The translations under genes were made by a program, and so were the position numbers. A stretch of DNA of 56,007 bases, taken from Parcubacteria group bacterium GW2011_GWA2_48_9. Its GTDB lineage: Bacteria; Patescibacteriota; Patescibacteriia; UBA10025. The stretch is from contig LCPQ01000001.1 of the NCBI GenBank assembly GCA_001003705.1, positions 1-56,007 on the forward strand, in the 5' to 3' direction. Positions 8,962 through 18,443 of this stretch are shown here, piece after piece. The first letter of the stretch is position 1, and the number at the start of each line of letters is the position of its first letter. Below the pieces are notes generated by a model that was not told the origin of the DNA, ran no database searches, and saw only the letters and a list, made by a program, of their open reading frames with translations.

Positions 8962-10692
8962 TTATTCTTTAGTAACCCTCATCACTTCTTCGAGGGTCGT
9001 AATACCGTTTTTAGCTTTTATAAAACCATCGTGTAGCATAGTAAGCATGCCGTCCGCAATTGCTTGCTGGCGTATTTTTTCTGTTGATGAATTTATTAAA
9101 ATAAGTTCAGCCATTTTTTTTGTGACATCGAGAGCCTCATAAATTCCCACGCGCCCTTTATAACCCGAGTTATTGCACCGTTTACAGCCTTTTCCACGGT
9201 AGAAAAGCATCGATTCTATGGGCGCCTTTGCAGACTGGATGATAGATTCTTTTTCTAAGACCCCGAGTATTGCATCGAGATCGAAACGCTTCCTCAATTC
9301 TTCCACAGCTGTCTTATTGAGAGTGAAGCTATGAATACATCCCATACAAATTTTACGAACAAGCCGCTGTGCAATGATAAGATTGCTTGTCGATGCAATC
9401 AGAAACGACGGGATTCCCATTTCCGAAAGGCGGGGGAGTGTTGTCGGTGCGTCGTTGGTATGAAGAGTCGAGAGGACAAGATGGCCGGTCATTGCAGCAT
9501 GAGCAGCAATTTCGGCAGTTTCATTGTCACGTATTTCGCCGACCATGATAATATCGGGATCCTGGCGAAGAAGAGACCGTAATCCATTGGCAAATGTAAA
9601 ACCGATTTTTGGATTTACCTGACTTTGATTTACTCGGGGCATGCGGTATTCAATGGGGTCTTCAACAGTTGAAATATTTATTTCCGGAGTATTTAAAATA
9701 TTCATGATAGTGTACAGTGTCGTTGTTTTTCCTGAACCAGTAGGACCAGTCACGTAGATAATCCCATGAGGTTTTTTGATAGATTGTCGCAGGAGCTCAA
9801 GAGCGCGCATTTGGAATCCTAGTTGCTCCAGGGTGAGTAAATGGGATGACTCATTGAGCAGGCGAAGAACAACTTTTTCGCCGTCGTATACTGGAAGGAT
9901 TGATACGCGGAACGCAATGTTATGTTCGGCACTTGAAATTTTAAATCTTCCGTCCTGTGGTAGGCGGTGTTCATCGATTTTTAACTTTGAAAGGACTTTT
10001 ATGCGCGCGACGATTCCCGCCTGTGCAGTTTTTGGGAGCGTCATGGCGTCACGCAAAACGCCATCGACGCGGTACCTCACGACTGTTTGGTTTTCTGTTG
10101 GTTCAATGTGAATATCAGATGCATTTTCGAAAATCGCGTATTCCAGCAATGTATCCACAATTCGAATAATTGGGAGGTCTTCAGCAAGCTTTTTTAAATC
10201 AGTTTGTTCGAGAGCGCCCTCGGCCTCATTTTCGCCAGTAATTTTTTTAAATTCGGCTGACAACCCCTTATGGTACTGTGACAAAGCCGTCTTCATGCTA
10301 CCTGGTGATGTCAAATGTATCGAAATGTTGGTCCCGACTTTTTTCTTCAGAAACTCAAAAAGTTGTATGTTGAATGGGTCGAGGGTGGCTACCTTCAAGT
10401 CTCGCTCGGTTTTATCAAAGACGACAATGTGGTGCTTTTGAGCAATAGCCTCAGGAAGAACAGAAAGAATATCTTTTCGAATTGTTTGTTCGCGTAAGTC
10501 AGTGAAAGGAACTCGAAGAAAATTTGCTATAGCCTCGTACAGCACATTTTCCCCGACCATATTATTGTCTATCAAGTACTCTTCAAGTGCTACACCTTTT
10601 TCGCGCGCTTTTTCAACCGTTGACGACAGTTGGTCTTCGGTGAGTATTTTGGCTGACAGCAGTATTTTTTTTACCTCCTCAGGTGAAATCAT
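8962..10692 (-). CDS. pilB: type IV pilus assembly ATPase PilB (GspE/PulE family)
   Basis: ASDIHIEP, RLPQDGR, Walker A GPTGSGKTT, TVEDPIEY, LRQDPDIIMVGEIRD, TGHLVLSTLH, and Zn cysteines CMGC/CKRC. Confidence 0.96.
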   Translation of the reverse strand: MISPEEVKKILLSAKILTEDQLSSTVEKAREKGVALEEYLIDNNMVGENVLYEAIANFLRVPFTDLREQTIRKDILSVLPEAIAQKHHIVVFDKTERDLKVATLDPFNIQLFEFLKKKVGTNISIHLTSPGSMKTALSQYHKGLSAEFKKITGENEAEGALEQTDLKKLAEDLPIIRIVDTLLEYAIFENASDIHIEPTENQTVVRYRVDGVLRDAMTLPKTAQAGIVARIKVLSKLKIDEHRLPQDGRFKISSAEHNIAFRVSILPVYDGEKVVLRLLNESSHLLTLEQLGFQMRALELLRQSIKKPHGIIYVTGPTGSGKTTTLYTIMNILNTPEINISTVEDPIEYRMPRVNQSQVNPKIGFTFANGLRSLLRQDPDIIMVGEIRDNETAEIAAHAAMTGHLVLSTLHTNDAPTTLPRLSEMGIPSFLIASTSNLIIAQRLVRKICMGCIHSFTLNKTAVEELRKRFDLDAILGVLEKESIIQSAKAPIESMLFYRGKGCKRCNNSGYKGRVGIYEALDVTKKMAELILINSSTEKIRQQAIADGMLTMLHDGFIKAKNGITTLEEVMRVTKE

Positions 10693-10710
10693 ACGAAGTT
10701 TTTCAGATGA

Positions 10711-10739
10711 ATTATATCAAATTTCACGAAACAAGTCAA
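10711..10739 (-). promoter_or_regulatory. sigma70-type promoter of the pil operon
   Basis: On the minus strand: TTGACT (10739-10734), 17 bp, TATAAT (10716-10711), with a TGn extension. Confidence 0.8.
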
Positions 10740-10747
10740 TGTTGGCA

Positions 10748-10776
10748 TTGCAAAAGTGGGATTCGTCTTGTATAAT
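10748..10776 (+). promoter_or_regulatory. sigma70-type promoter of the mraY/mur operon
   Basis: TTGCAA (10748-10753), 17 bp, TATAAT (10771-10776). Confidence 0.75.
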
Positions 10777-10808
10777 CCATCCAGCGTGATCAGTTTCCAC
10801 TATTTTTC

Positions 10809-11162
10809 ATGAGGATGAGCATGTCTTCAATTGCTACTTCTTTTAGAGGATTTATACCGCTTTTTCTTTGTAGTATCGTTATTGCAATTGGAAATGCTGC
10901 CATAGTCTTTTTACGCGTTGAACCAAGCGGTGTCCCTGTTTCACTCCATTACAACGTATATTATGGAATCGACTTAATTGGTGAATGGTGGCGTGTATAT
11001 AGTATGGCGGCAGTCGGCATAGCTATAGTGGTGCTGAATATTGCCATCGTATTACTTCCTCGTATCAAACAACTTACACGAATGCTAGTCGCAGTATTAA
11101 CGGTCGCTTGTCAGGTAGTTCTTCTTGCTTCATCAATACTCGTACTTCGTATTAACTTGTAG
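10809..11162 (+). CDS. small three-TM membrane protein
   Basis: Three hydrophobic segments flanking a VSLHYNVYYGIDLIGEW loop. Directly upstream of mraY; exact start uncertain (10809/10815/10821). Confidence 0.7.
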   Translation: MRMSMSSIATSFRGFIPLFLCSIVIAIGNAAIVFLRVEPSGVPVSLHYNVYYGIDLIGEWWRVYSMAAVGIAIVVLNIAIVLLPRIKQLTRMLVAVLTVACQVVLLASSILVLRINL

Positions 11163-11166
11163 TTCC

Positions 11167-12225
11167 ATGGAAACAACTATAAATTTTCAGATTATCAGGA
11201 TTCTTTTCATGACCTTCTTGGCTTTTGTCATAGCAATTGCGTTGACTCCCGCACTTGCGCATTTTCTTTACAAGTTTCGACTTTCAAAGGAGATTAGAAA
11301 TGAGGGCATAACGCCAATTTATTCCCGCCTCCACGCACCGAAGGCCGGAACGCCGACGATGGGAGGAATACTGGTGTGGATCTCGGTTCTTATATTAATA
11401 CTTCTTTCGGCAGTACTGCCAAAAATATTTCCTTCGTCAGAATTCTTTTCACGTATTGATTTCTTGTCACGCGCTGAAACATTGTTGCCGTTGGGAGCGC
11501 TCATCGCTTCTGCGATGGTTGGTTTTGTGGACGACATCTTTAATACCAGAAAGATTGGGGCATCGGGTGGTGGTCTTCGTATTCGGCACAAAATATTGCT
11601 GTATTTTCTTATAGCGCTCTTTGGGGCGTATTGGTTTTACGCAAAGCTGGATTGGACGACAATTCATGTTCCATTTGCTGGCAACTTCGATATTGGAATT
11701 TGGTATATCCCGATATTTGTTTTTATCATTGTTTCAACAGCTTTTTCGGTCAATGAAACAGATGGGTTAGACGGACTGGCGGGCGGTACACTCCTCGCAG
11801 CATTTGGCGCATATGGAGCTATTGCCTTCGCTCAGCAACGCTACGATCTCGCGCTATTTTGTGCAGTCATTATTGGCGCACTACTCGCGTTTCTATGGTT
11901 TAACATCAATCCGGCACGTTTTTTTATGGGGGATACCGGTTCAATGTCGCTTGGTGTTACCTTGGGCATTATTGCTATGTTGACTAATTCAGCTTTGTTT
12001 TTACCAATCATTGGTTTGGTTTTTATCATCGAAGCACTTTCAGTCATTGTACAGGTTATCTCACGAAAATTTTTCCATAGGAAGGTTTTTCTTTCAGCTC
12101 CAATACATCACCATCTCGAGGCGCGGGGGTGGCCGGAGCCAAAGATCGTAATGCGTTTTTGGATTGTTTCTGCGGTCACCGCAGTTCTTGGATTGGTGCT
12201 TGCTATTATGGACTTTCAACGATAG
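11167..12225 (+). CDS. mraY: phospho-N-acetylmuramoyl-pentapeptide transferase
   Basis: KAGTPTMGG, GFVDD, VNETDGLDGLA, FMGDTGS, APIHHHLE. Confidence 0.96.
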   Translation: METTINFQIIRILFMTFLAFVIAIALTPALAHFLYKFRLSKEIRNEGITPIYSRLHAPKAGTPTMGGILVWISVLILILLSAVLPKIFPSSEFFSRIDFLSRAETLLPLGALIASAMVGFVDDIFNTRKIGASGGGLRIRHKILLYFLIALFGAYWFYAKLDWTTIHVPFAGNFDIGIWYIPIFVFIIVSTAFSVNETDGLDGLAGGTLLAAFGAYGAIAFAQQRYDLALFCAVIIGALLAFLWFNINPARFFMGDTGSMSLGVTLGIIAMLTNSALFLPIIGLVFIIEALSVIVQVISRKFFHRKVFLSAPIHHHLEARGWPEPKIVMRFWIVSAVTAVLGLVLAIMDFQR

Positions 12226-12234
12226 CGGTGTGCC

Positions 12235-13620
12235 ATGGTAATACACACTGACATGTTTCGCGGTAAAAAGGTTCTGATCTTTGGACTCGGACTCCATGGC
12301 GGAGGGGTTTCATCTGCACGTTATTTTGCTAAACACGGTGCAACTGTTCGTGTAACCGACTTGCGTCCGCGGTTACTGCTTCTATCGTCGATCAGGCGAA
12401 TCAAGAAAGGTTCGGTGTCGTACGTTCTAGGACGCCATAGAACGCGAGATATTGATTGGGCAGATGTTTTGGTGAAGAACCCCGGTGTTTCCTGGTCATC
12501 TCCATATATGGAGTACGCGAGGAGAAAAAAAATACGGATCATCACCGATATCGGGCTTTTTGTTGAACACGTAAGGGCGCCAGTGATAGGCGTGACAGGC
12601 ACAAAGGGAAAATCGACCACTTCGGCGCTGCTTGCGGCATTCCTACGTACACGTTGGCGCCAACTTATGCTAGCAGGAAACGCTCTTTATTCGCCGCTCG
12701 AACGCATAGATACACTATCATCCAAGATGCCCGTCGTTCTTGAACTTTCGAGCTGGCAGCTAGAGGATGCGGCCTATACTCGATGGAGTCCCCATGTCGC
12801 CATTGTAACGAATATATACCCTGATCATCTTAATAGGCATAAGAGCATGAGTGAATACATTGCAGCGAAAGAACTCATTGTTCGTTTTCAGAACCGTGGC
12901 GATATTTTTATCGCAAACAAAGAAAATCCATACGTAAAGCTAATAGCAAAAAAAACACGAGCAACATTGATATGGTTTTCAAAAAAACCTTTCAAAACAG
13001 GGGACGGAGTTTTTCTAAGGAATGGCATGATTGTGAGTCGCACAGGAGATAGCGAGCGCGAGATCATCCATAGCAAGTATCTGCGACTGAAGGGCAGACA
13101 CAACCTTGAAGATGCATTAGCGGCAATAGCGGGAGCGCTCGTGTATGATATTCCAAAAACTGCAATTCATAATGTGATAAAAAGATTTATCGGACTCCCT
13201 GGAAGGTTGGAAACAGTGCGACACCTCAACGGAATAACGTATGTTAACGATACGACCTCTACCACCCCTCAGGCTGCCATGGAGGCACTACGGACCATTC
13301 ATGGGCCAATACAGCTAATTGCAGGCGGTTTGGACAAAAAACTACCTTTGGGTAAGTTTTGTAGTGAAATTAAATTAAAATCGCGCGTAGTCATTTTGCT
13401 TCCAGGAAGTGGGACTGTGAGGATGAAGAAGTTTTTATTGCGACTCGGTGTAAAATACCACCTTGCAAGCTCAATGGTCGAAGCGGTCCATCTAGCAAAA
13501 ATACATGCTGAACCCGGAGATACCGTATTACTTTCTCCCGGGTGCGCTAGTTTCGGAGTTTTTTTGCACGAATTTGACCGTGGTGATCAATTCGTGCGGG
13601 AAGTTGCAAAGTTTGCATAA
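12235..13620 (+). CDS. murD: UDP-N-acetylmuramoyl-L-alanine--D-glutamate ligase
   Basis: GVTGTKGKSTT, LELSSWQL, PDHLNRH, NDTTSTTP, VLLSPGCASF...RGDQF. Confidence 0.94.
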   Translation: MVIHTDMFRGKKVLIFGLGLHGGGVSSARYFAKHGATVRVTDLRPRLLLLSSIRRIKKGSVSYVLGRHRTRDIDWADVLVKNPGVSWSSPYMEYARRKKIRIITDIGLFVEHVRAPVIGVTGTKGKSTTSALLAAFLRTRWRQLMLAGNALYSPLERIDTLSSKMPVVLELSSWQLEDAAYTRWSPHVAIVTNIYPDHLNRHKSMSEYIAAKELIVRFQNRGDIFIANKENPYVKLIAKKTRATLIWFSKKPFKTGDGVFLRNGMIVSRTGDSEREIIHSKYLRLKGRHNLEDALAAIAGALVYDIPKTAIHNVIKRFIGLPGRLETVRHLNGITYVNDTTSTTPQAAMEALRTIHGPIQLIAGGLDKKLPLGKFCSEIKLKSRVVILLPGSGTVRMKKFLLRLGVKYHLASSMVEAVHLAKIHAEPGDTVLLSPGCASFGVFLHEFDRGDQFVREVAKFA

Positions 13621-13625
13621 CGGCT

Positions 13626-14729
13626 ATGGCAGTGCGACTTCATTCTCCCGATTACCCTCTCATCATTATTCTCACCCTCCTTGTTATTTGCGGCCTTGTT
13701 ATGCTGATGTCAGCGTCAAGTGTAGTTAGTTTCGAACGATTTGGTAGCAGTACGTATCTCATTGGACATCAACTACTCTACGGCTTATTGTTCGGACTTA
13801 TCGGTATGTTTGTTGCAATACGCGTCGAGTATCAACGGTGGAAGAAGTGGGCATTCCCAGGCCTTCTTTTGACAATATTGCTTTTAGTAGCAGTATTTAT
13901 TCCTGGTATTGGTTACGGATTTGGAGGTGCTCGTCGCTGGATTTCTTTAGGTTCTACTACCTTTCAGCCTACCGAACTACTCAAACTAACGTTTGTTATG
14001 TATTTGGCTACTTGGGTAGAGAAGCGTGGATCCGCGATAAAGGATGCTGCATACGGTTTTGCACCATTTGTTGCCTCGCTAGGCATTGTGGCCGTTCTTG
14101 TTATGCTTCAGCCGGATCTTGGTACGATGACCGTAGTCGCCCTCATCTCCATAATTATTTATTTCGTGGCCGGGGCACCGCTGAAACATTTACTGTGGAT
14201 GATGGGTGGCGGATCAATACTTACCTTTCTTGTTATCCAGATGTCAGACTATCGGTCAGCAAGGTTTACTGTTTTTCTTAATCCCAACCTTGATCCACAA
14301 GGAATCGGATATCACATTAATCAGGCGCTTCTTGCCATCGGTTCCGGGGGGGTCCTAGGACTTGGATTAGGCCATTCGCGGCAGAAATACAATTTTCTGC
14401 CCGAAGTAACGGGTGATTCAATTTTTGCAATTATTGCCGAAGAATTAGGCTTTATTCTCTCCGTCGGACTTATTGCTCTTTTTTTGGCTCTCATGTTTCG
14501 CGGTTTTTCAATTGCTCAGCACGCTCCTGATACATTTGGCAAACTGCTCGCAACAGGAATTACAAGCTGGTTCGTTCTCCAAGCATTTGTCAATATCGGG
14601 GCGATGGTGGGCATTCTGCCGCTTACAGGTATTCCACTCCCGTTTGTTAGCTATGGAAGTTCTGCACTTGCAGTTTCGCTTCTTGCAGCTGGGATACTTA
14701 TCAATATTTCACGCCAGACAAAGACATGA
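13626..14729 (+). CDS. ftsW: SEDS family peptidoglycan glycosyltransferase FtsW
   Basis: GARRWI, FQPTELLK, QPDLGT, DSIFAIIAEELG, PLTGIPLPFVSYG. Confidence 0.93.
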   Translation: MAVRLHSPDYPLIIILTLLVICGLVMLMSASSVVSFERFGSSTYLIGHQLLYGLLFGLIGMFVAIRVEYQRWKKWAFPGLLLTILLLVAVFIPGIGYGFGGARRWISLGSTTFQPTELLKLTFVMYLATWVEKRGSAIKDAAYGFAPFVASLGIVAVLVMLQPDLGTMTVVALISIIIYFVAGAPLKHLLWMMGGGSILTFLVIQMSDYRSARFTVFLNPNLDPQGIGYHINQALLAIGSGGVLGLGLGHSRQKYNFLPEVTGDSIFAIIAEELGFILSVGLIALFLALMFRGFSIAQHAPDTFGKLLATGITSWFVLQAFVNIGAMVGILPLTGIPLPFVSYGSSALAVSLLAAGILINISRQTKT

Positions 14730-15787
14730 AAATTGTGCTCACAGGGGGTGGAACTGCAGGATCCGTCACTCCTCTCCTTGCTATTCTCGAAGAGTTACGA
14801 TCACGGGAGTCTTCAGTTGAGTGCTTATTCGTCGGAACGCGACGGGGAGAACCGGAAAAGCGCATGATTGATCCATACAACGTTACGTGGTCAACAATCA
14901 CTAGCGGGAAGCTACGGAGGTACTGGAGCCCTGTAAATTTTATTGCTCCCTTCGCTGTCGTCATTGGATTTTTTCAAGCGCTGGTACTCTTCGCTCGTTT
15001 TCGCCCAGACTGCATAGTTTCTGCGGGCGGATATGTCGGTGTCCCGTGTGTATGGGCGGGATGGGTCCTGGGAATCCGGATAGTGCTCCACCAGCCAGAT
15101 TTGCGGCCGGGACTCGCGACAATGCTTACGTACCGTTTTGCACATGAAATTACGACCGGATTCCTCGAAACATCTAATCGTTTTCCCGGAAAAACAGCGC
15201 GTTGGACCGGCGTCCCGGTCCGTAAAAGCCTCACAAAACCTATTCTTTCTGTACCGACACTTAATCTACCTTTAGAGAAGCCGTTTGTACTGATTCTCGG
15301 TGGCGGTACGGGATCCATGACCCTCAATAACCTTGCACTCGAAGTGTTTCAAATTATCAACTCCCAGATGAACTTACTTTTAGTGTCCGGGAAAGGCAAA
15401 CAACCCATGGCATCCCATGGAGGACTTATAATACGCGAGAATCTTACGGCGGATGAAATGAATTATGCGTTGTCTCATGCAACGGTCATTGTATCCCGCG
15501 CTGGTGCAAACGCAATTTTCGAAGCCGCCTCAGTACAAAAACCGTTGATCCTAGTCCCGCTTCCCCATTCTCCACAAATCGCAAACACTGACTTTATGGT
15601 GCATGAAGACGCGGCTCTTCACTTCGAACCAAGTACAGGAAATGCAGAAAAACTATGCCGCATGATCAGTAGTCTCGAGACTGATCCTCACCTCCGCGCA
15701 CGTATCATAAAAAATGCATACAAATTTGTTAGACCAGACGCAGCGCGAAATCTTGCAAATATTATATTTTCACTCGCGCAACGATGA
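14726..15787 (+). CDS. murG: undecaprenyl-PP-MurNAc-pentapeptide GlcNAc transferase
   Basis: TGGGTAG, GKLRRY, GGYVGVP, TGVPVR, SRAGA. Confidence 0.93.
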   Translation: MKIVLTGGGTAGSVTPLLAILEELRSRESSVECLFVGTRRGEPEKRMIDPYNVTWSTITSGKLRRYWSPVNFIAPFAVVIGFFQALVLFARFRPDCIVSAGGYVGVPCVWAGWVLGIRIVLHQPDLRPGLATMLTYRFAHEITTGFLETSNRFPGKTARWTGVPVRKSLTKPILSVPTLNLPLEKPFVLILGGGTGSMTLNNLALEVFQIINSQMNLLLVSGKGKQPMASHGGLIIRENLTADEMNYALSHATVIVSRAGANAIFEAASVQKPLILVPLPHSPQIANTDFMVHEDAALHFEPSTGNAEKLCRMISSLETDPHLRARIIKNAYKFVRPDAARNLANIIFSLAQR

Positions 15788-17088
15788 CCAATCCCTCACA
15801 TCATATATATTTCATTGGCATTGGAGGTATCGGGACATCGGCACTCGCTAAATATTTTTTATTAAAGGGGATGCGTGTAACGGGCTCTGATGTGAAAGTA
15901 AGTCGTGCAACGAATGAATTGTCTGCACTTGGCGCAACGATCTTTATTGGTCCGCACACTGCCTCACATGTTCCTCCTGGTATCGACCAAGTGGTATTTA
16001 GTCCAGCCATTGAGAGCTTGAACCCGGAGTTGGTCGCCTCGAAGTCTTATACGAATGAGATTTACTCGTACCCCCAGGCGGCGGGAAAGGTAATGGAAGG
16101 AACGCATCAAGTTGTCGTTAGCGGTACACATGGAAAGTCTACTACTACATCAATGATTGGATGCGTACTATCTGATGCAGGACTCGATCCAACGGTCTTT
16201 GTTGGTGCGTACGTACAGGCATTTAACGGAAACGTGCGTATAGGTAAGGGGCCCCATTGTGTTATTGAAGGGGATGAATATGCCGGTTCTTTTTTTTCGT
16301 ACCGTCCTGACACGCTTATTATTACCTCTGTTGAGCCAGATCATCTAGACTACTACGGAAACTTCGACAATATTATAAAAGCTTTTAGAAGCGTTGCGGA
16401 ACGCGTCCCACAGAACGGGACAATTATCGCTTGCCGTGAGAACGACGGTGTTATTCAGACTCTTTCAGGGCTACACAAAAAAATCGTGTGGTATGGAGAG
16501 GGGACTGCGTATAGCCGCCTAGATTTTCCACTTAAAGTACCGGGCAGACATAACCAACTCAATGCGCTCGCAGCGATAGCAACTGCCGACACGCTTTCTA
16601 TTAGTCGTGATGCAACGAAGCGCTCACTGATGAATTATAGGGGAGCCTGGAGACGTTTTGAAATTAAGGGAGAGGTTCGGGGAGTTACTATTGTTGATGA
16701 TTACGCTCATCACCCTACAGAGATTCGTGCAACCCTACAGGCAGCGAAAGAACAGTTTCCCACGAGAAAGATATGGTGTGTTTTCCAGCCCCATCAACGA
16801 AGTCGTACGCGCATTCTTTTTAAGGATTTTGTTACAGCGTTTGATGGTGCCGATGAAGTCGTGTTAACCGAGATATACTATGTTGAAGGGCGAGAACAGG
16901 GCGAATCAATAACTGGACGCGATCTTGCTGATGCGGTAAGCAAACGGCGTACCGTGCATTACATTGCTTCCCTTTCTGACATTTCTGTAAGGTTACGTTC
17001 GATGGTCAGGCCTCACGATGTTGTCATAGTAATGGGTGCCGGTGATATTACCTCGGTCGGTGATGCGTTAATGAAGAAGCTTTCGTAA
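15784..17088 (+). CDS. murC: UDP-N-acetylmuramate--L-alanine ligase
   Basis: FIGIGGIGTS, GTHGKSTT, EGDEY, DHLDYY, DDYAHHPTEI, FQPHQ, MGAGDI. Confidence 0.96.
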   Translation: MTNPSHHIYFIGIGGIGTSALAKYFLLKGMRVTGSDVKVSRATNELSALGATIFIGPHTASHVPPGIDQVVFSPAIESLNPELVASKSYTNEIYSYPQAAGKVMEGTHQVVVSGTHGKSTTTSMIGCVLSDAGLDPTVFVGAYVQAFNGNVRIGKGPHCVIEGDEYAGSFFSYRPDTLIITSVEPDHLDYYGNFDNIIKAFRSVAERVPQNGTIIACRENDGVIQTLSGLHKKIVWYGEGTAYSRLDFPLKVPGRHNQLNALAAIATADTLSISRDATKRSLMNYRGAWRRFEIKGEVRGVTIVDDYAHHPTEIRATLQAAKEQFPTRKIWCVFQPHQRSRTRILFKDFVTAFDGADEVVLTEIYYVEGREQGESITGRDLADAVSKRRTVHYIASLSDISVRLRSMVRPHDVVIVMGAGDITSVGDALMKKLS

Positions 17089-17110
17089 CGAGAGCTTGCG
17101 CGTTTATCGC

Positions 17111-17139
17111 TTGTACAGCATTTTTTATGATGATACTAT
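17111..17139 (+). promoter_or_regulatory. extended -10 promoter of murB, probably leaderless
   Basis: TTGTAC (17111-17116), 17 bp, TACTAT (17134-17139) with TGn. The ATG begins 7 nt after the -10. Confidence 0.6.
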
Positions 17140-17145
17140 AGATGT

Positions 17146-18030
17146 ATGAGCATCGCTGAACTCGAGTTATTGCCGGGAATAAAAAAAAATGTACCCTTAG
17201 CTCCGTATTCAACATTTCGTGTTGGTGGGAACGCGAAATATTTTATCGAACCCGTAACACGCGAGGAGATAGCTCACGCATTCCATGTCATAAGAAATAC
17301 AGGACTTCACTACTGGATTCTCGGTGGAGGTAGTAATATTCTCATCTCTGATAAGGGATTTGACGGGGTGATAGTGAGACCGTTAAATGTTGGCGTACAA
17401 ATTACAAGCACTCAGGTCATCGCCGAAGCGGCAACGAGCCTACAGCAAGTCATACAAAAGACTGTACAGGCGAACTTATCAGGTCTCGAACACCTCATGG
17501 GCATTCCAGGAAGTCTCGGAGGTGCGATAGCTGGAAACGCAGGCACTGCGAAGGAATGGATTAGTTCAGCAGTGTCACATGTCGTCTTTGCCGAACAAAC
17601 GGGAACTATTCACACTGTTCCGGCATCAGAATGTGCATTTGGGTACCGAACTAGCAGATTCAAGGATACCCAGGATGAAATTGTTCTCGCGGCGCAATTC
17701 CTTCTTACATCCGAGAGTCGGGATAAAATTCGAGAGCGTACACTCCGGTACATTGGACGTCGGACACATCAGCCATCAGGAAGTGCATGTGCTGGGTGCA
17801 TTTTCAAAAATCCACCTGAATCACCTGCAGGAAAATTAATCGAAGAGGCTGGACTGAAGGGTAAACGTATCGGAGGCGCCATGGTTTCCGATGAACACGG
17901 GAACTTCATTGTAAACACTGGTTCCGCAACTGCCGAGGACATCATAATTCTTATTAGCTACATAAAACAGCAGATTCGAGACCGCCACGGTATACAATTG
18001 AAAGAAGAAATTAAATACGTAGGATTTTAA
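17146..18030 (+). CDS. murB: UDP-N-acetylenolpyruvoylglucosamine reductase
   Basis: TFRVGG, LGGGSNIL, GIPGSLGGA..GNAG, FGYRTS, AGCIFKNP, HGNFIVN. Confidence 0.96.
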   Translation: MSIAELELLPGIKKNVPLAPYSTFRVGGNAKYFIEPVTREEIAHAFHVIRNTGLHYWILGGGSNILISDKGFDGVIVRPLNVGVQITSTQVIAEAATSLQQVIQKTVQANLSGLEHLMGIPGSLGGAIAGNAGTAKEWISSAVSHVVFAEQTGTIHTVPASECAFGYRTSRFKDTQDEIVLAAQFLLTSESRDKIRERTLRYIGRRTHQPSGSACAGCIFKNPPESPAGKLIEEAGLKGKRIGGAMVSDEHGNFIVNTGSATAEDIIILISYIKQQIRDRHGIQLKEEIKYVGF

Positions 18031-18038
18031 CACTCCCT

Positions 18039-18353
18039 ATGAATATAATGATATCAGGTAAAGATTTTTCCCTCACACCGGCGCTCAAGGCGTTTGTTGA
18101 GATCAAAATCCAAAAACTTTTTCATCTGGCACCCTCGATTCAGTCCGCGAAGGTAGAGCTCGATGTTGATAGGAACAAACACAAGGGGGATATTTTTCGG
18201 GCAGAAATCTCCGTGGTGATGCGTGGTACGGCATTAAAGGCCGGTGATAAATCAGAACATATGCAGTCAGCCATTCTTCGGTCAATTGAGAAACTATCGC
18301 GCCGCGTCACAACATTAAAAGAGAAAAACATATCTTCACACAAACGCCAGTAA
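18039..18353 (+). CDS. hpf: ribosome hibernation factor (short HPF/RaiA)
   Basis: MNIMISGKDFSLTPALKAFVE.KI.KL pattern; 104 aa with no long-HPF C-terminal domain. Confidence 0.85.
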   Translation: MNIMISGKDFSLTPALKAFVEIKIQKLFHLAPSIQSAKVELDVDRNKHKGDIFRAEISVVMRGTALKAGDKSEHMQSAILRSIEKLSRRVTTLKEKNISSHKRQ

Positions 18354-18369
18354 GTGAATTCACATGGGG

Positions 18370-18378
18370 TTATCCACA
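18370..18378 (+). promoter_or_regulatory. perfect DnaA box
   Basis: TTATCCACA in the hpf-speA intergenic region. Confidence 0.5.
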
Positions 18379-18386
18379 GTCCGTAT

Positions 18387-18415
18387 TTGTGTCAGCAGTA
18401 GGGACAGGTTACAAT
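18387..18415 (+). promoter_or_regulatory. probable promoter of speA-speB
   Basis: TTGTGT, 17 bp, TACAAT. Confidence 0.5.
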
Positions 18416-18443
18416 TGAGTCCATATAAATTCACGGTTTTAGC

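Noticed and set aside
18354-18443. Possible replication origin
   Set aside because: Only one perfect DnaA box in 90 bp, with no box cluster, AT-rich unwinding element or dnaA nearby.
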